Virus record (IMG/VR): IMGVR_UViG_3300005613_003813
Span: 1-56,632 of that record
Length of the DNA stretch: 56,632 bases
Source of the DNA: a virus
Taxonomy: Duplodnaviria; Caudoviricetes
Strand: one strand, 5' to 3'
The notes beneath the pieces were generated by a model. The model was not told where the DNA came from and ran no database searches. It saw only the letters and a program-made list of their open reading frames with translations. The position numbers and the translations under genes are program-made. Each line of letters starts with the position of its first letter. Position 1 is the first letter of the stretch. Shown piece after piece: positions 27,362 through 35,553 of the stretch.

Positions 27362-27991
27362 TCAAAAAAACTGGAGTCTCTCTTTCCAGTCACCGTTGTT
27401 ATTCCTCTCTTCGAGAACCACCTCCTTCAGACGCCTGCACTCTTCCTTGGTCTCCGCCAACTTCGCTGTTAGTTCTGCGTTCTGCTCAAGAAGCTCCTGG
27501 TACCGTTTCTCAACGAACGCCACCGCCGCACTCTGGACCCCCTTAAAAGCGGTATCCAGCTCCTCAAAAGCATCATCAGGGGCATCCTCTTTCTTGGTGG
27601 CGGACAAACGCGGTTTGTAGATTTTCTTACCCCACTCATTCCTCCCTTTAAGGTAATGGGTCACGTAACGCTTGGCCGTCGTACCTGCCACACCAAGCCT
27701 TTCCCCAAGCTCCTTCCACGTAAGTCCTTCCTCTTTCCGCAACCGTGCCATTTCATCCGCGGCCTCACGACTGACCTTCATAAAGGGCTTCCTACCCGTA
27801 CCCTGTGCCCTCATCTTGGACGTCGAACCAGGCGAGTAAACGCCGGCTACCGTACAATTGCTAGAGATAGTCCCAACAGGAACATTAAACATCCTTGAAA
27901 TTTCGGTCAGGGACGTTCCCTTGCGACGCTCCTCAAACCACATCTCTTTCTCTTGAGCGTCGTATTTAAATCTTTTATCTTTATCTGCCAT
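27362..27991 (-). CDS. Tandem-HTH protein with C-terminal coiled coil
   Basis: GTSLTEISRMFNVPVGTI and GLTWKELGERLGVAGTTAKRY; start refined to MADKDK. Confidence 0.7.
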   Translation of the reverse strand: MADKDKRFKYDAQEKEMWFEERRKGTSLTEISRMFNVPVGTISSNCTVAGVYSPGSTSKMRAQGTGRKPFMKVSREAADEMARLRKEEGLTWKELGERLGVAGTTAKRYVTHYLKGRNEWGKKIYKPRLSATKKEDAPDDAFEELDTAFKGVQSAAVAFVEKRYQELLEQNAELTAKLAETKEECRRLKEVVLEERNNNGDWKERLQFF

Positions 27992-28007
27992 CTTTTTATC
28001 ACCCCCC

Positions 28008-28601
28008 CTATGCCGGAACTTTAACTTCTTCCGGTTCAACATCCTCACCACCCGACGGTACACTCTTGTCCTCCGGCTCTGGGGCCTTTGGAGCCGCCGG
28101 CGGGTTAACCTTTTCTCGCTCCAGCCGGCGCTCTTCTATTCCTTCGATAAGGTCCTTGGCAAACTGCTTCTCGCCGTCGTCTAACTTCTTGGCATCGGCG
28201 CCCGCGTCCTTAACCTTAACAATGTTGGCCCAAATCCTACCCTTAGAATCAGTCTTGTGGGAAACCTTACCCTTGAAGAACCCCCCAACCAAGTCATTGA
28301 TATTAAAGGGCTCAACGTCCTCAAGAATCTCCTTGGTGACGGCACAAGCAAGATCGTACAAATGGGACGAGCTCCCACCCTCAAACCCTGCGGTGTAGGC
28401 GCGACTAATCCGACGAGTAATAAGTTTTCCCCGTTGGGCATCGTCAAGAACGATACAGTAAACACGAAGGAAATCCCTTACCCCATACGCGGTCTCCACG
28501 TCGATCAATTCGTCAATATCAACAATCTCGAAGTTATAGAGGCCCTCTGGCAACGCCTCTGGCGGTTCGTTTTTTATCGAAGCTCTATCATCAGTCAGCA
28601 A
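28008..28601 (-). CDS. Putative phage single-stranded DNA-binding protein (OB fold)
   Basis: LPEGLY, DLVG, KGRIWANI and an acidic tail; TTG start behind a GGGGGTGA SD. Confidence 0.55.
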   Translation of the reverse strand: MLTDDRASIKNEPPEALPEGLYNFEIVDIDELIDVETAYGVRDFLRVYCIVLDDAQRGKLITRRISRAYTAGFEGGSSSHLYDLACAVTKEILEDVEPFNINDLVGGFFKGKVSHKTDSKGRIWANIVKVKDAGADAKKLDDGEKQFAKDLIEGIEERRLEREKVNPPAAPKAPEPEDKSVPSGGEDVEPEEVKVPA

Positions 28602-29244
28602 TTTCTTCACCCCCTTCCCGTAAAATATCTCTATAATTAGTAGTTGCCGCACGTTTTCCGGAATTACAACTACGGCACAACGGCTGTATATTATCAATAT
28701 AATCCGAACCACCCATACTCAAAGGAACGATATGGTCCTCTGTTAACCTAATTTCCGGTTCAAACCTTTTACAACAGAGACACATATACCCAAAACTCTC
28801 TTTCAGATCTTCCCACTCTTCAAAAGTGTGGCTACCAACAGCCCCCCTTTTACTTGCTCTATACCTCTGATTTCTAAACAACTTCTTTTCTCTTTGCGAT
28901 ATCCCCTTAGGATAACTACGAACCCTCTGCCCCCGCTTCTCCACACCTAGCTTTGATGCCCCAACTCTTTGCTCCCGACCCTCCGAGGAATTAGCCCACC
29001 TACGCAACTTTTCTTTAGTTTCCTCGGAATGTTTATTACCAATGTGCGCAATACTTAAATTTCTTTTGTGCTCGTCGCTAAACTTACTCCCCACCAAAAC
29101 AACACTCATAGCCAAACCTATGTTCCGTTTATGCTCATCCGAAAACTCTTTTCCCGACCAATAACATACCGGGTTTCTCAGGCGGGCACGCCGCATCTTA
29201 ACTTTAGTTTCCTCTGTATGTTTATAACCTGCTCTTCTTCCCAT
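28591..29244 (-). CDS. Free-standing NUMOD3-HNH homing endonuclease
   Basis: Repeated H(T/S)EETK and SDEHKRN motifs; CLCC..DHIVPLSMGG..NIQPLCRSCN. Confidence 0.88.
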   Translation of the reverse strand: MGRRAGYKHTEETKVKMRRARLRNPVCYWSGKEFSDEHKRNIGLAMSVVLVGSKFSDEHKRNLSIAHIGNKHSEETKEKLRRWANSSEGREQRVGASKLGVEKRGQRVRSYPKGISQREKKLFRNQRYRASKRGAVGSHTFEEWEDLKESFGYMCLCCKRFEPEIRLTEDHIVPLSMGGSDYIDNIQPLCRSCNSGKRAATTNYRDILREGGEEIAD

Positions 29245-29275
29245 ACTTACCTACTTTCAAATTACAAATCTATAC

Positions 29276-29539
29276 CTAGATCACTCTCCAGTCCTCACTA
29301 AGAAGATCCCCATCACCAACAATCCAGGGATGAAACTTACCATCACCTTTAACACCACCCTTGATCATCAACCTCTCATTTTTGAGAACCCCATAAATCT
29401 CCGGATCTTCCCACTCGTCTCTGGTGATCTTCGCTCCGTCGGTAACTTTATCGACCGCCTCACCAAAGGTCATCCCCTTTTTTTGCCCCAACTTCTTAAC
29501 CACAGGACTCGTTGCCGGACTTGTTGTATGTTCTGCCAT
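29276..29539 (-). CDS. DUF2829 / Tad2-like anti-defence sponge protein
   Basis: MTFGEA...GAKITRDEW...PW...DLLSEDW family pattern. Confidence 0.75.
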   Translation of the reverse strand: MAEHTTSPATSPVVKKLGQKKGMTFGEAVDKVTDGAKITRDEWEDPEIYGVLKNERLMIKGGVKGDGKFHPWIVGDGDLLSEDWRVI

Positions 29540-29555
29540 CTTTTATCACCTACTT

Positions 29556-29762
29556 TCAAAACGGTAAATCCTTAACACCCCGCATCTCCTCTAAAAGATC
29601 TTCTTCCATCTCCTTATTCTTAGCCAGCCCCTTCTCAATCTTTTTAACCTCGGCAAAGAAATCCTTTTCTAGCTTTGACTTCCTTATGTGGAGTATCTTA
29701 CGCTGGCTCCTAAATCCTCTTATCGCTATCCGGTACTTCTTCTGATCCTCCTCAGTAATCAT
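29556..29762 (-). CDS. Hypothetical protein
   Basis: Coupled small ORF ending in DLPF (SSB-tail-like). Confidence 0.5.
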   Translation of the reverse strand: MITEEDQKKYRIAIRGFRSQRKILHIRKSKLEKDFFAEVKKIEKGLAKNKEMEEDLLEEMRGVKDLPF

Positions 29763-29943
29763 TGCTGATCAGCGCCTTGTTAAACCGATTACGCGCTTGT
29801 AACAACTGCTTCGTTAAATTCGGAATGTCCATATCCTTTACCGCATCCCTAGTAAACGTTGTCTCGTGAACAACCGCATCTATCAATTCCCCCGTTGTCA
29901 GCCGGAGAACATTATTGAGATTAAAGAACCTCGCTTTCGTCAT
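29752..29943 (-). CDS. Hypothetical protein
   Basis: Coupled small ORF. Confidence 0.5.
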   Translation of the reverse strand: MTKARFFNLNNVLRLTTGELIDAVVHETTFTRDAVKDMDIPNLTKQLLQARNRFNKALISNDY

Positions 29944-30109
29944 CCTTCTTAGCCCCCTTAATTATCTCTACATAACGCCGAGCCGTCCGCTCGCAAACCC
30001 CTATCTCAGCCGCAATCTTAGTTGACGACATGCCCATCTCGACCATTTCCCCAGCGCGCTCAATATTCTTCAGGGCACCCTTTTGAATCCAGCTTCTTCT
30101 TCTTTTCAT
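29921..30109 (-). CDS. Small HTH DNA-binding protein
   Basis: GMSSTKIAAEIGVCERTARRY. Confidence 0.7.
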   Translation of the reverse strand: MKRRRSWIQKGALKNIERAGEMVEMGMSSTKIAAEIGVCERTARRYVEIIKGAKKDDESEVL

Positions 30110-30113
30110 AGCA

Positions 30114-30266
30114 CTAACCCAACTCCTGTAACAACCTATCCTTCTCTTTCCGAAGTATCCTCTTCATAGGATTGTCCCCCACCTCCGTCTTGACGAAGGG
30201 AACCCCCCTTGTAAGGAGCGCCGCACCTAGGAAGAGATCCTTGGTTTTGTAGTAGGTATCACTCAT
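30114..30266 (-). CDS. DUF5659-like small protein
   Basis: YKTKDLFLGAALL pattern; start refined to MSDTY. Confidence 0.4.
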   Translation of the reverse strand: MSDTYYKTKDLFLGAALLTRGVPFVKTEVGDNPMKRILRKEKDRLLQELG

Positions 30267-30366
30267 TTTTCTCACTTTAACATATTGACAACTGTTTGTC
30301 AACAATGCGTCCGTTTATAATTTACAGCTTCTACCAGCGCTTGTCAAGGACCAATTCGTTTGACGG

Positions 30367-30561
30367 TTACGGCGTTTTACTAAAAACGGACCTCGCCACC
30401 TCGGAAATCTCCGGCCAGCACTCTCCTGCCGTCTTTTTGCTGAGCTTGTAATAGTATTTCAAAACGTCGCCCAATCTTTTGGCGTCGACCAATTTACCCC
30501 AGTTCGTTTTAATAAACACCTTCAGCTCCTTCGGATCGGTGATAGACTCCCAATTGACCAT
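30367..30561 (-). CDS. Hypothetical protein
   Basis: Start refined to MVNWES. Confidence 0.45.
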   Translation of the reverse strand: MVNWESITDPKELKVFIKTNWGKLVDAKRLGDVLKYYYKLSKKTAGECWPEISEVARSVFSKTP

Positions 30562-30566
30562 AAAGT

Positions 30567-30707
30567 TTAACTGCTTTTTCTGCAATCTTTGAAACCCTGG
30601 ATCCAACCATCAGACTTTCCCAAATCATACCCTAAATAAATCCCAAGTAGAAGGGGGGACCCCATTACAATTAGAAATCTGATTGTATCGTAAATCCCAG
30701 TACTCAT
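30567..30707 (-). CDS. Small membrane protein (46 aa)
   Basis: Manual translation MSTGIYDTIRFLIVMGSPLLLGIYLGYDLGKSDGWIQGFKDCRKSS. Confidence 0.45.
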   Translation of the reverse strand: MSTGIYDTIRFLIVMGSPLLLGIYLGYDLGKSDGWIQGFKDCRKSS

Positions 30708-31286
30708 TTCTTTTCCTTAAATGCTCGCGCTAATACCCCCCTGTAGGCAAGGTATTTAAGAGTATCTTATGGTCGGAGACTGGTAGAAAACGGCGCCACT
30801 TTTTCGAGATTTCTCGACGCTTGATTCACGTATGCTCGCGTATTTTGAGCAGAACCCTTCGAGGACTTTATTTTCTCTTGTAACCTCGAGGGAAAATCGG
30901 CTTCCTTACGGAGTCTGGTTACTCCACCTTGTTGGAGAGGTTCGGCACTCGTAGCCGACCCATCGCCAGACAAACCCCCCGCGAACTTACCTCCGGTCGC
31001 GGCCGAGTGGGTTGGATTACTCCTTATTTTGGCTGTGACCTCCGGATAGAGGCTGCTATCCCTACCATCCTCTACTAGTGTATCCTGTACAGTAGAGGTA
31101 ACTTCTTTTAGGGAACCTAGGAAGTTGCCTCTTTTTTGTTAAAAAACAAAGGGCCCGCTTCGACGACTTGCGCCCTCAAAGCGGGTCCTTTGCTAACAAA
31201 AAATCCGCACCTTCCGCGTGCGGTTTTGCTCGACTTGATTTAGTTTTAAGATCTTGGTAAACTACTCTCATAAGATCTCCACCCCG

Positions 31287-31316
31287 ATTGTAAAACAGTC
31301 GGGGTTTCTTTGTCAA
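31287..31316 (-). promoter_or_regulatory. Sigma70 promoter with a palindromic operator over the -10
   Basis: TTGACA-18 nt-TACAAT on the minus strand; ACCCCGA...TCGGGGT inverted repeat straddles the -10. Confidence 0.6.
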
Positions 31317-31468
31317 GACCTAAATTATCCTTTACCTACGGGAAACTGTTAGCTGTAAATTATAAATTGACAACTGTTTGTCAACATAGGAAGTGCCGAG
31401 CTCAACTCAAGCCGCATAAAGCGGTTGTTGAGCTCGGCGCTCTCCCCCTCCCCAGTTCGCACAAGAAC

Positions 31469-31732
31469 CTACTTCTTTCTTTTCTTCTTCTTCTTCGGAA
31501 ACGGTCGTCCGCCCTTGGCGCGGAACTTCTGGGTATTACGCCGCGCAGTACGAGAGAATTGCCAATCGGCGGTCGTATCCCAGTAGGGTTCCCCCTCTTT
31601 GGAACATAGGCGGTGCCCCTCTACCATCTGATCAAAGGCATCGGTGTTACCAAGCGCGTACTGGCGACGGGCCTCCTTCATATCGGGATGCACCACAAAG
31701 TCTTTGGTGAGTTTCTTCTCTTTCTTTGACAT
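31469..31732 (-). CDS. Hypothetical protein downstream of the spliced HNH gene
   Basis: GGAGGTGA SD; 87 aa. Confidence 0.55.
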   Translation of the reverse strand: MSKKEKKLTKDFVVHPDMKEARRQYALGNTDAFDQMVEGHRLCSKEGEPYWDTTADWQFSRTARRNTQKFRAKGGRPFPKKKKKRKK

Positions 31733-31735
31733 TTC

Positions 31736-32795
31736 TCACCTCCGCCCCTTGCGCTTCTTGCCCGTGTGCAATCTGTTGCTTATTAACCACTTTCGTGGCG
31801 AGTAGGTCATTTCTGCCTACTTCTCATAGTCGCCTATGAGCTCGGACTTTCCCTTCACTTAAACCTCCCAACGCGATCTCTTTCCCTATCCCTGTCGTGA
31901 ATTGCGGCATGTTCTGATGGAGAAATAATCCTCAGGTTCTCAACAGAGTTGTTTTGCCTATCCCCGTCTATGTGGTGGATATGCTCATCCTCTCTTAAAA
32001 TCCTGCCCGAATGTTTCTCCATAACTGCCCTGTGCTCATAGATATAATGGCCAGCAACAGGACGAGGATGCCCTGGGTCTAATACCAAAACATATCCTCT
32101 TTCATTAACATACCTTCCTTCCCCCGTCGGTTTTCCGGCTCGGAACTCGGATTGACACTTGCGAGAACAGAAATTATTTTTCCTGCCCCGCAGCTTGTTC
32201 CACTTAACCACCGAAGGATAGACCTTGTATGTCTTCCCGCAATTATCACAAGTTAAAGTGCGCTTTCCCTTGCGTTGGGATTTTGACTTGCAATCAACCG
32301 AACAATACTTGGCGTCCTTATGGTATGCCCGGAACTCTTTGCCACATATAGGGCACACATATTTAATCTTATCGCCAAGCCATCTCGGATGGTTTTCGCC
32401 AGTTAGATATTCTCTGCTCATACAATCTAATTATACTATGCAGGGAATATGATTGCAAGGGTCTAAGTGCTACCCGTCAAGTCTCTACACTTTTTACAGC
32501 TTTCGCTGATTTTAGCTCGGGATTGTCTCTTTTCAGAGATGTTCCCCGAATTTGGGTAGTTTTACAAGCACCAATTACAATGCTTACCACAGAGAGTTAT
32601 CAAGTTCCCTGGTCTATTAGGGTCGGTGCTCTTGACGTTCTCTTTGGCAAACCTTTCGGGAAGAATATGGTGCACCTCTAGGTCTTCCGCGCTTTCGCAC
32701 CGATACCACCTACCGTCGTCGCCCTTGTAGCAGAGTTGGCACTTCCCTCCGTCCCGCGCCTTTACCCACTCCTTCTGCTCCCTAGTTAGAGGCAT
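31736..32795 (-). CDS. Spliced HNH endonuclease (exon 1 32795-32580, exon 2 31768-31736)
   Basis: RDGGKCQLC, LEVHHI; splicing restores NLITLCGKH|HTGKKRKGRR*. Confidence 0.75.
31855..32421 (-). CDS. Intron-encoded HNH homing endonuclease with Zn ribbons
   Basis: Two CxxC...CSxxC units; YEHRAVME..IHHIDGDRQNN..ENL. Confidence 0.9.
   Translation of the reverse strand: MSREYLTGENHPRWLGDKIKYVCPICGKEFRAYHKDAKYCSVDCKSKSQRKGKRTLTCDNCGKTYKVYPSVVKWNKLRGRKNNFCSRKCQSEFRAGKPTGEGRYVNERGYVLVLDPGHPRPVAGHYIYEHRAVMEKHSGRILREDEHIHHIDGDRQNNSVENLRIISPSEHAAIHDRDRERDRVGRFK
32430..32458 (-). promoter_or_regulatory. Intron-internal promoter for the homing endonuclease (near-leaderless)
   Basis: TTGCAA-17 nt-TATAAT, with the ATG 8 nt downstream. 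Confidence 0.65.
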
Positions 32796-33145
32796 TGGGG
32801 GCCTTCCTAGGCTTGCGGTCTTTGCGTTGCGGCTTCTTCTTAGTCTTAGCAGGATGCCGCCGCTTCGGTCTTTTACCGCGGTTTACGGCTAGTTCCACCT
32901 TTTCCATCGTCTTCCTCCCTTCTCTATTCGGTTGTCCTTGTGCGTTTAACTGGCTAATCCAAATCTGCTAATTGACAGAGCGGGCGGTGCGAGACTCCAA
33001 CTCGCATTCCATCCGTCTTTTCCTCCAGCTTCAGATTAGACCAGCCCGCAACTGCGTGCCGTGTTGGATGGGTGTTTTGCCCTGTCTGGACACTAACCGC
33101 CCCCGCTATCAACTAACTGTGGGGTCTCTCCCCTTCCCCTTCTTA

Positions 33146-33379
33146 TCACTTACTTAGTACTGCCTTCCCACCTGAATAAAGCCCGCTCGCGCTGAGCCCG
33201 AAGGCTCCCCCTACTAAGAGGGCCTGTGTAGGATCAGAATAGGTAAAGAACCCCAGGATAAGCCCTAAGGCTACAGAAAGCACCGGAGCAAATTTGGAAG
33301 GAAGACCGAGCCGCTTAACGACCTCGACTAAACCAACCACTAATGGAACTAAACCAATCCCATAAAATTCCGTGTTCAT
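33146..33379 (-). CDS. Holin
   Basis: 77 aa, three hydrophobic segments, GLSASGLYSG motif, adjacent to the lysin. Confidence 0.85.
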   Translation of the reverse strand: MNTEFYGIGLVPLVVGLVEVVKRLGLPSKFAPVLSVALGLILGFFTYSDPTQALLVGGAFGLSASGLYSGGKAVLSK

Positions 33380-34406
33380 TCTTCCTCACCCCCTCTCCAC
33401 CAACCGTTTTGTCGCTACTGGCACTGGGGGCCGGATTTTCAAGAAGTTTTGGTAGTTTTTTCTCTATTTCCGCTAATCTTTCCCCCAGGTTCCCCAGTTG
33501 GCCTGTAAGAGTAGTGACCCCCTCTTGAAGCTCTTTCACCGTCTCCCCCATTGTATCCACCTTAGAAGAGGTTTCAGAGGCAACTTTTCTGTCTGCTTCC
33601 AATTCAGAACGTAATTGACTATTGTCTACTGCCAAATTGTCAATTTTAGTATTGAGGGTTGTAGTTAGTTTGTTCACTGCCCGTTCGGTGTCCGAAGCAT
33701 GGGTGGTGAGTGCGGAAAGTTTGTTTTCCAACTCCAACGAAGCGAAAAGCTCAGCGACGGTTACAGATGTGTTCTTTTGGCTCGCATCCCACCTATCCAA
33801 TTCTTGCTTGGTTGGGTCCCTATGGTAAAGGGCTCGATAGATACTAACAATTGTGTCTCTTCTGTTCATTTCTATCTCCTCACCCCCCTCCAACGATCCA
33901 GTAGGAATCAAAACTTGACAGTTTTTATTTCCGTGCTCCTGGTTCGTTGATTGCCACATCTTCCTCCAGGGCTCGTTTTTAATTGTGACGGTATCCCCAT
34001 AGACCTTTCCTCGTAACCGGTTAGGGTCGTGACAAATAATTGTATTCGCCGTTTGGCCAAAGGCGACTACAAAATGCGGACCGTTGTACTTATCTTGTTT
34101 TTTAGGAAAGTGTCTATAGTTGACTAAGGCGACCGCAGGAAAACCCTCTTTGATTTTCTGCTTCAAGGTATCGAGACTGAAAATGTGGTGCTCGACATTT
34201 AGTCCGTACTTTCTTGAGGCAATACCCAATTTGTCAAAGGTAATGAGAGAATTAGGGGAGGCACCGGTTGCGCGGAACACTTCGTCAACAGACTTATCAA
34301 TTCCGTAGGCTGCCAACAACATTGAGACACAGGCCGGACCACAATCGTCTCGGCTTTCATTAGCGCCAACACCCCATTGGGACTTGTAGGGAACTTTAAG
34401 TTTCAC
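33315..34406 (-). CDS. Peptidase C39-like endolysin with C-terminal coiled coil
   Basis: VPYKSQ, DCGPACVSM, HFVV, HDP catalytic-triad pattern. Confidence 0.8.
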   Translation of the reverse strand: MKLKVPYKSQWGVGANESRDDCGPACVSMLLAAYGIDKSVDEVFRATGASPNSLITFDKLGIASRKYGLNVEHHIFSLDTLKQKIKEGFPAVALVNYRHFPKKQDKYNGPHFVVAFGQTANTIICHDPNRLRGKVYGDTVTIKNEPWRKMWQSTNQEHGNKNCQVLIPTGSLEGGEEIEMNRRDTIVSIYRALYHRDPTKQELDRWDASQKNTSVTVAELFASLELENKLSALTTHASDTERAVNKLTTTLNTKIDNLAVDNSQLRSELEADRKVASETSSKVDTMGETVKELQEGVTTLTGQLGNLGERLAEIEKKLPKLLENPAPSASSDKTVGGEGVRKNEHGILWDWFSSISGWFSRGR

Positions 34407-34514
34407 TTTTAGCTCCTCTCGTCATTTTAGCAAGAAATTCAACAAGAAACCAATAGCACTTCAGTGCTCTTCGTAATCGCCTATCCCTCCGGCCTTTTTT
34501 GGTACGTTTTTTTT

Positions 34515-34766
34515 TCACTGACGAAACAACCAACCCACTAAAGCACTAGCAAGCAAGGAGGCTATGGCCGCCCCAATAGTAACCTTGACCGTCAACGCTG
34601 TTATCTGGTTAGAAATGTGCGGTAGGTGGTTGGTAAGAATTTCTTTAACATCACTTTTAACTTCCGCAATATCCCGTTCTACAACAGTTACTCGTGCCGC
34701 TATCCCAACAACACTCCGAGTATTATTCGAAATTTTCTCCCATAGTTTACTGTCGTCCGAGGTCAT
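34515..34766 (-). CDS. Coiled-coil plus C-terminal TM protein (lysis-associated, XhlA-like)
   Basis: Heptads followed by IGAAIASLLASALVGWLF; ATGA overlap with the upstream gene. Confidence 0.6.
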   Translation of the reverse strand: MTSDDSKLWEKISNNTRSVVGIAARVTVVERDIAEVKSDVKEILTNHLPHISNQITALTVKVTIGAAIASLLASALVGWLFRQ

Positions 34767-35551
34767 TCCAATGCCTCCCACCACTCAGCGAAAGTCGGCC
34801 AATACCCCCCACCTTCCAAATTATAGTGGGGCGCTATCATCTTTTTAATCGTTTCCAAATCAAGCACCGTCCCCCTAGGAATTTTGTAATACCCCCCCGG
34901 TTTAGTGAATTCCTTAGCTAGCGCCTCGGTCGCCCCAGGGATAGACTCATACGACAGCGGGACCCGCCTTCCCCCTTTTGCATAGGTAAGCCCGTAGGGG
35001 TTAGAGGTTCCTTGTAGCATATTGTGTCCCCCACTTGATTCAAGTTGAGAAATGAGCGCCGCCACCTTCGCAAAGCCCGGAAGGTCGTATTCCTTTTCGG
35101 TTTCAATTAACGCGGGGATGTGCTCTTGCATAGGGAACCCGCCCCGCCGTTTAACCACCCCACCCCAGAACTTGCCCAATTGTTCTGGTGTTGTTGCTTG
35201 CGTGGTTGGGGAGGAGGTGGTGCGGATAGGAATAGGGGCGGGGGTAGAAGAAGGAGTAGCGGTAGGGGTGGGGGCAGGAACATTGCTAACCATGGGCTCC
35301 TTCATCTTTGCTACAGTCGCCTCTTGCTCTGGAGACCACCCCATTCCCGGAAAGGTGATAGTTTTTGGAGTAACTGCTGACTTTCCTAATTGGAGAACTT
35401 TTTGAATAAGCCCACCAAGCCCGCCCGTTGAAGCGGGTTGGTTAGCTGGTGGGCTGACTGGGGTCGGGACCCGTGGCTTATCCGCCAAAGGACTAAGTAT
35501 TTCTTGCGGCCCCTGTAAAGCCCGTAAAATTTTCTCAAGCCACGATGCCAT
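34763..35551 (-). CDS. Virion protein with Pro/Thr-rich linker and lysozyme-like (glucosaminidase-like) domain
   Basis: ISQLESSGG..NPYGL..YES motif; PAPTPTATPSSTP linker. Confidence 0.6.
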   Translation of the reverse strand: MASWLEKILRALQGPQEILSPLADKPRVPTPVSPPANQPASTGGLGGLIQKVLQLGKSAVTPKTITFPGMGWSPEQEATVAKMKEPMVSNVPAPTPTATPSSTPAPIPIRTTSSPTTQATTPEQLGKFWGGVVKRRGGFPMQEHIPALIETEKEYDLPGFAKVAALISQLESSGGHNMLQGTSNPYGLTYAKGGRRVPLSYESIPGATEALAKEFTKPGGYYKIPRGTVLDLETIKKMIAPHYNLEGGGYWPTFAEWWEALE

Positions 35552-35553
35552 AA

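Larger units (their letters stand above)
31769..32579 (-). mobile_element. Group I self-splicing intron with a homing endonuclease in the P8 loop
   Basis: P AAATTCGGGGAA, Q AATCCCGAGC, R GTAGAGACTTGAC, S AAGGGAAAGTCC; P1 U-G wobble, P3, P7, P8 and P9 stems; terminal G. Confidence 0.88.
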
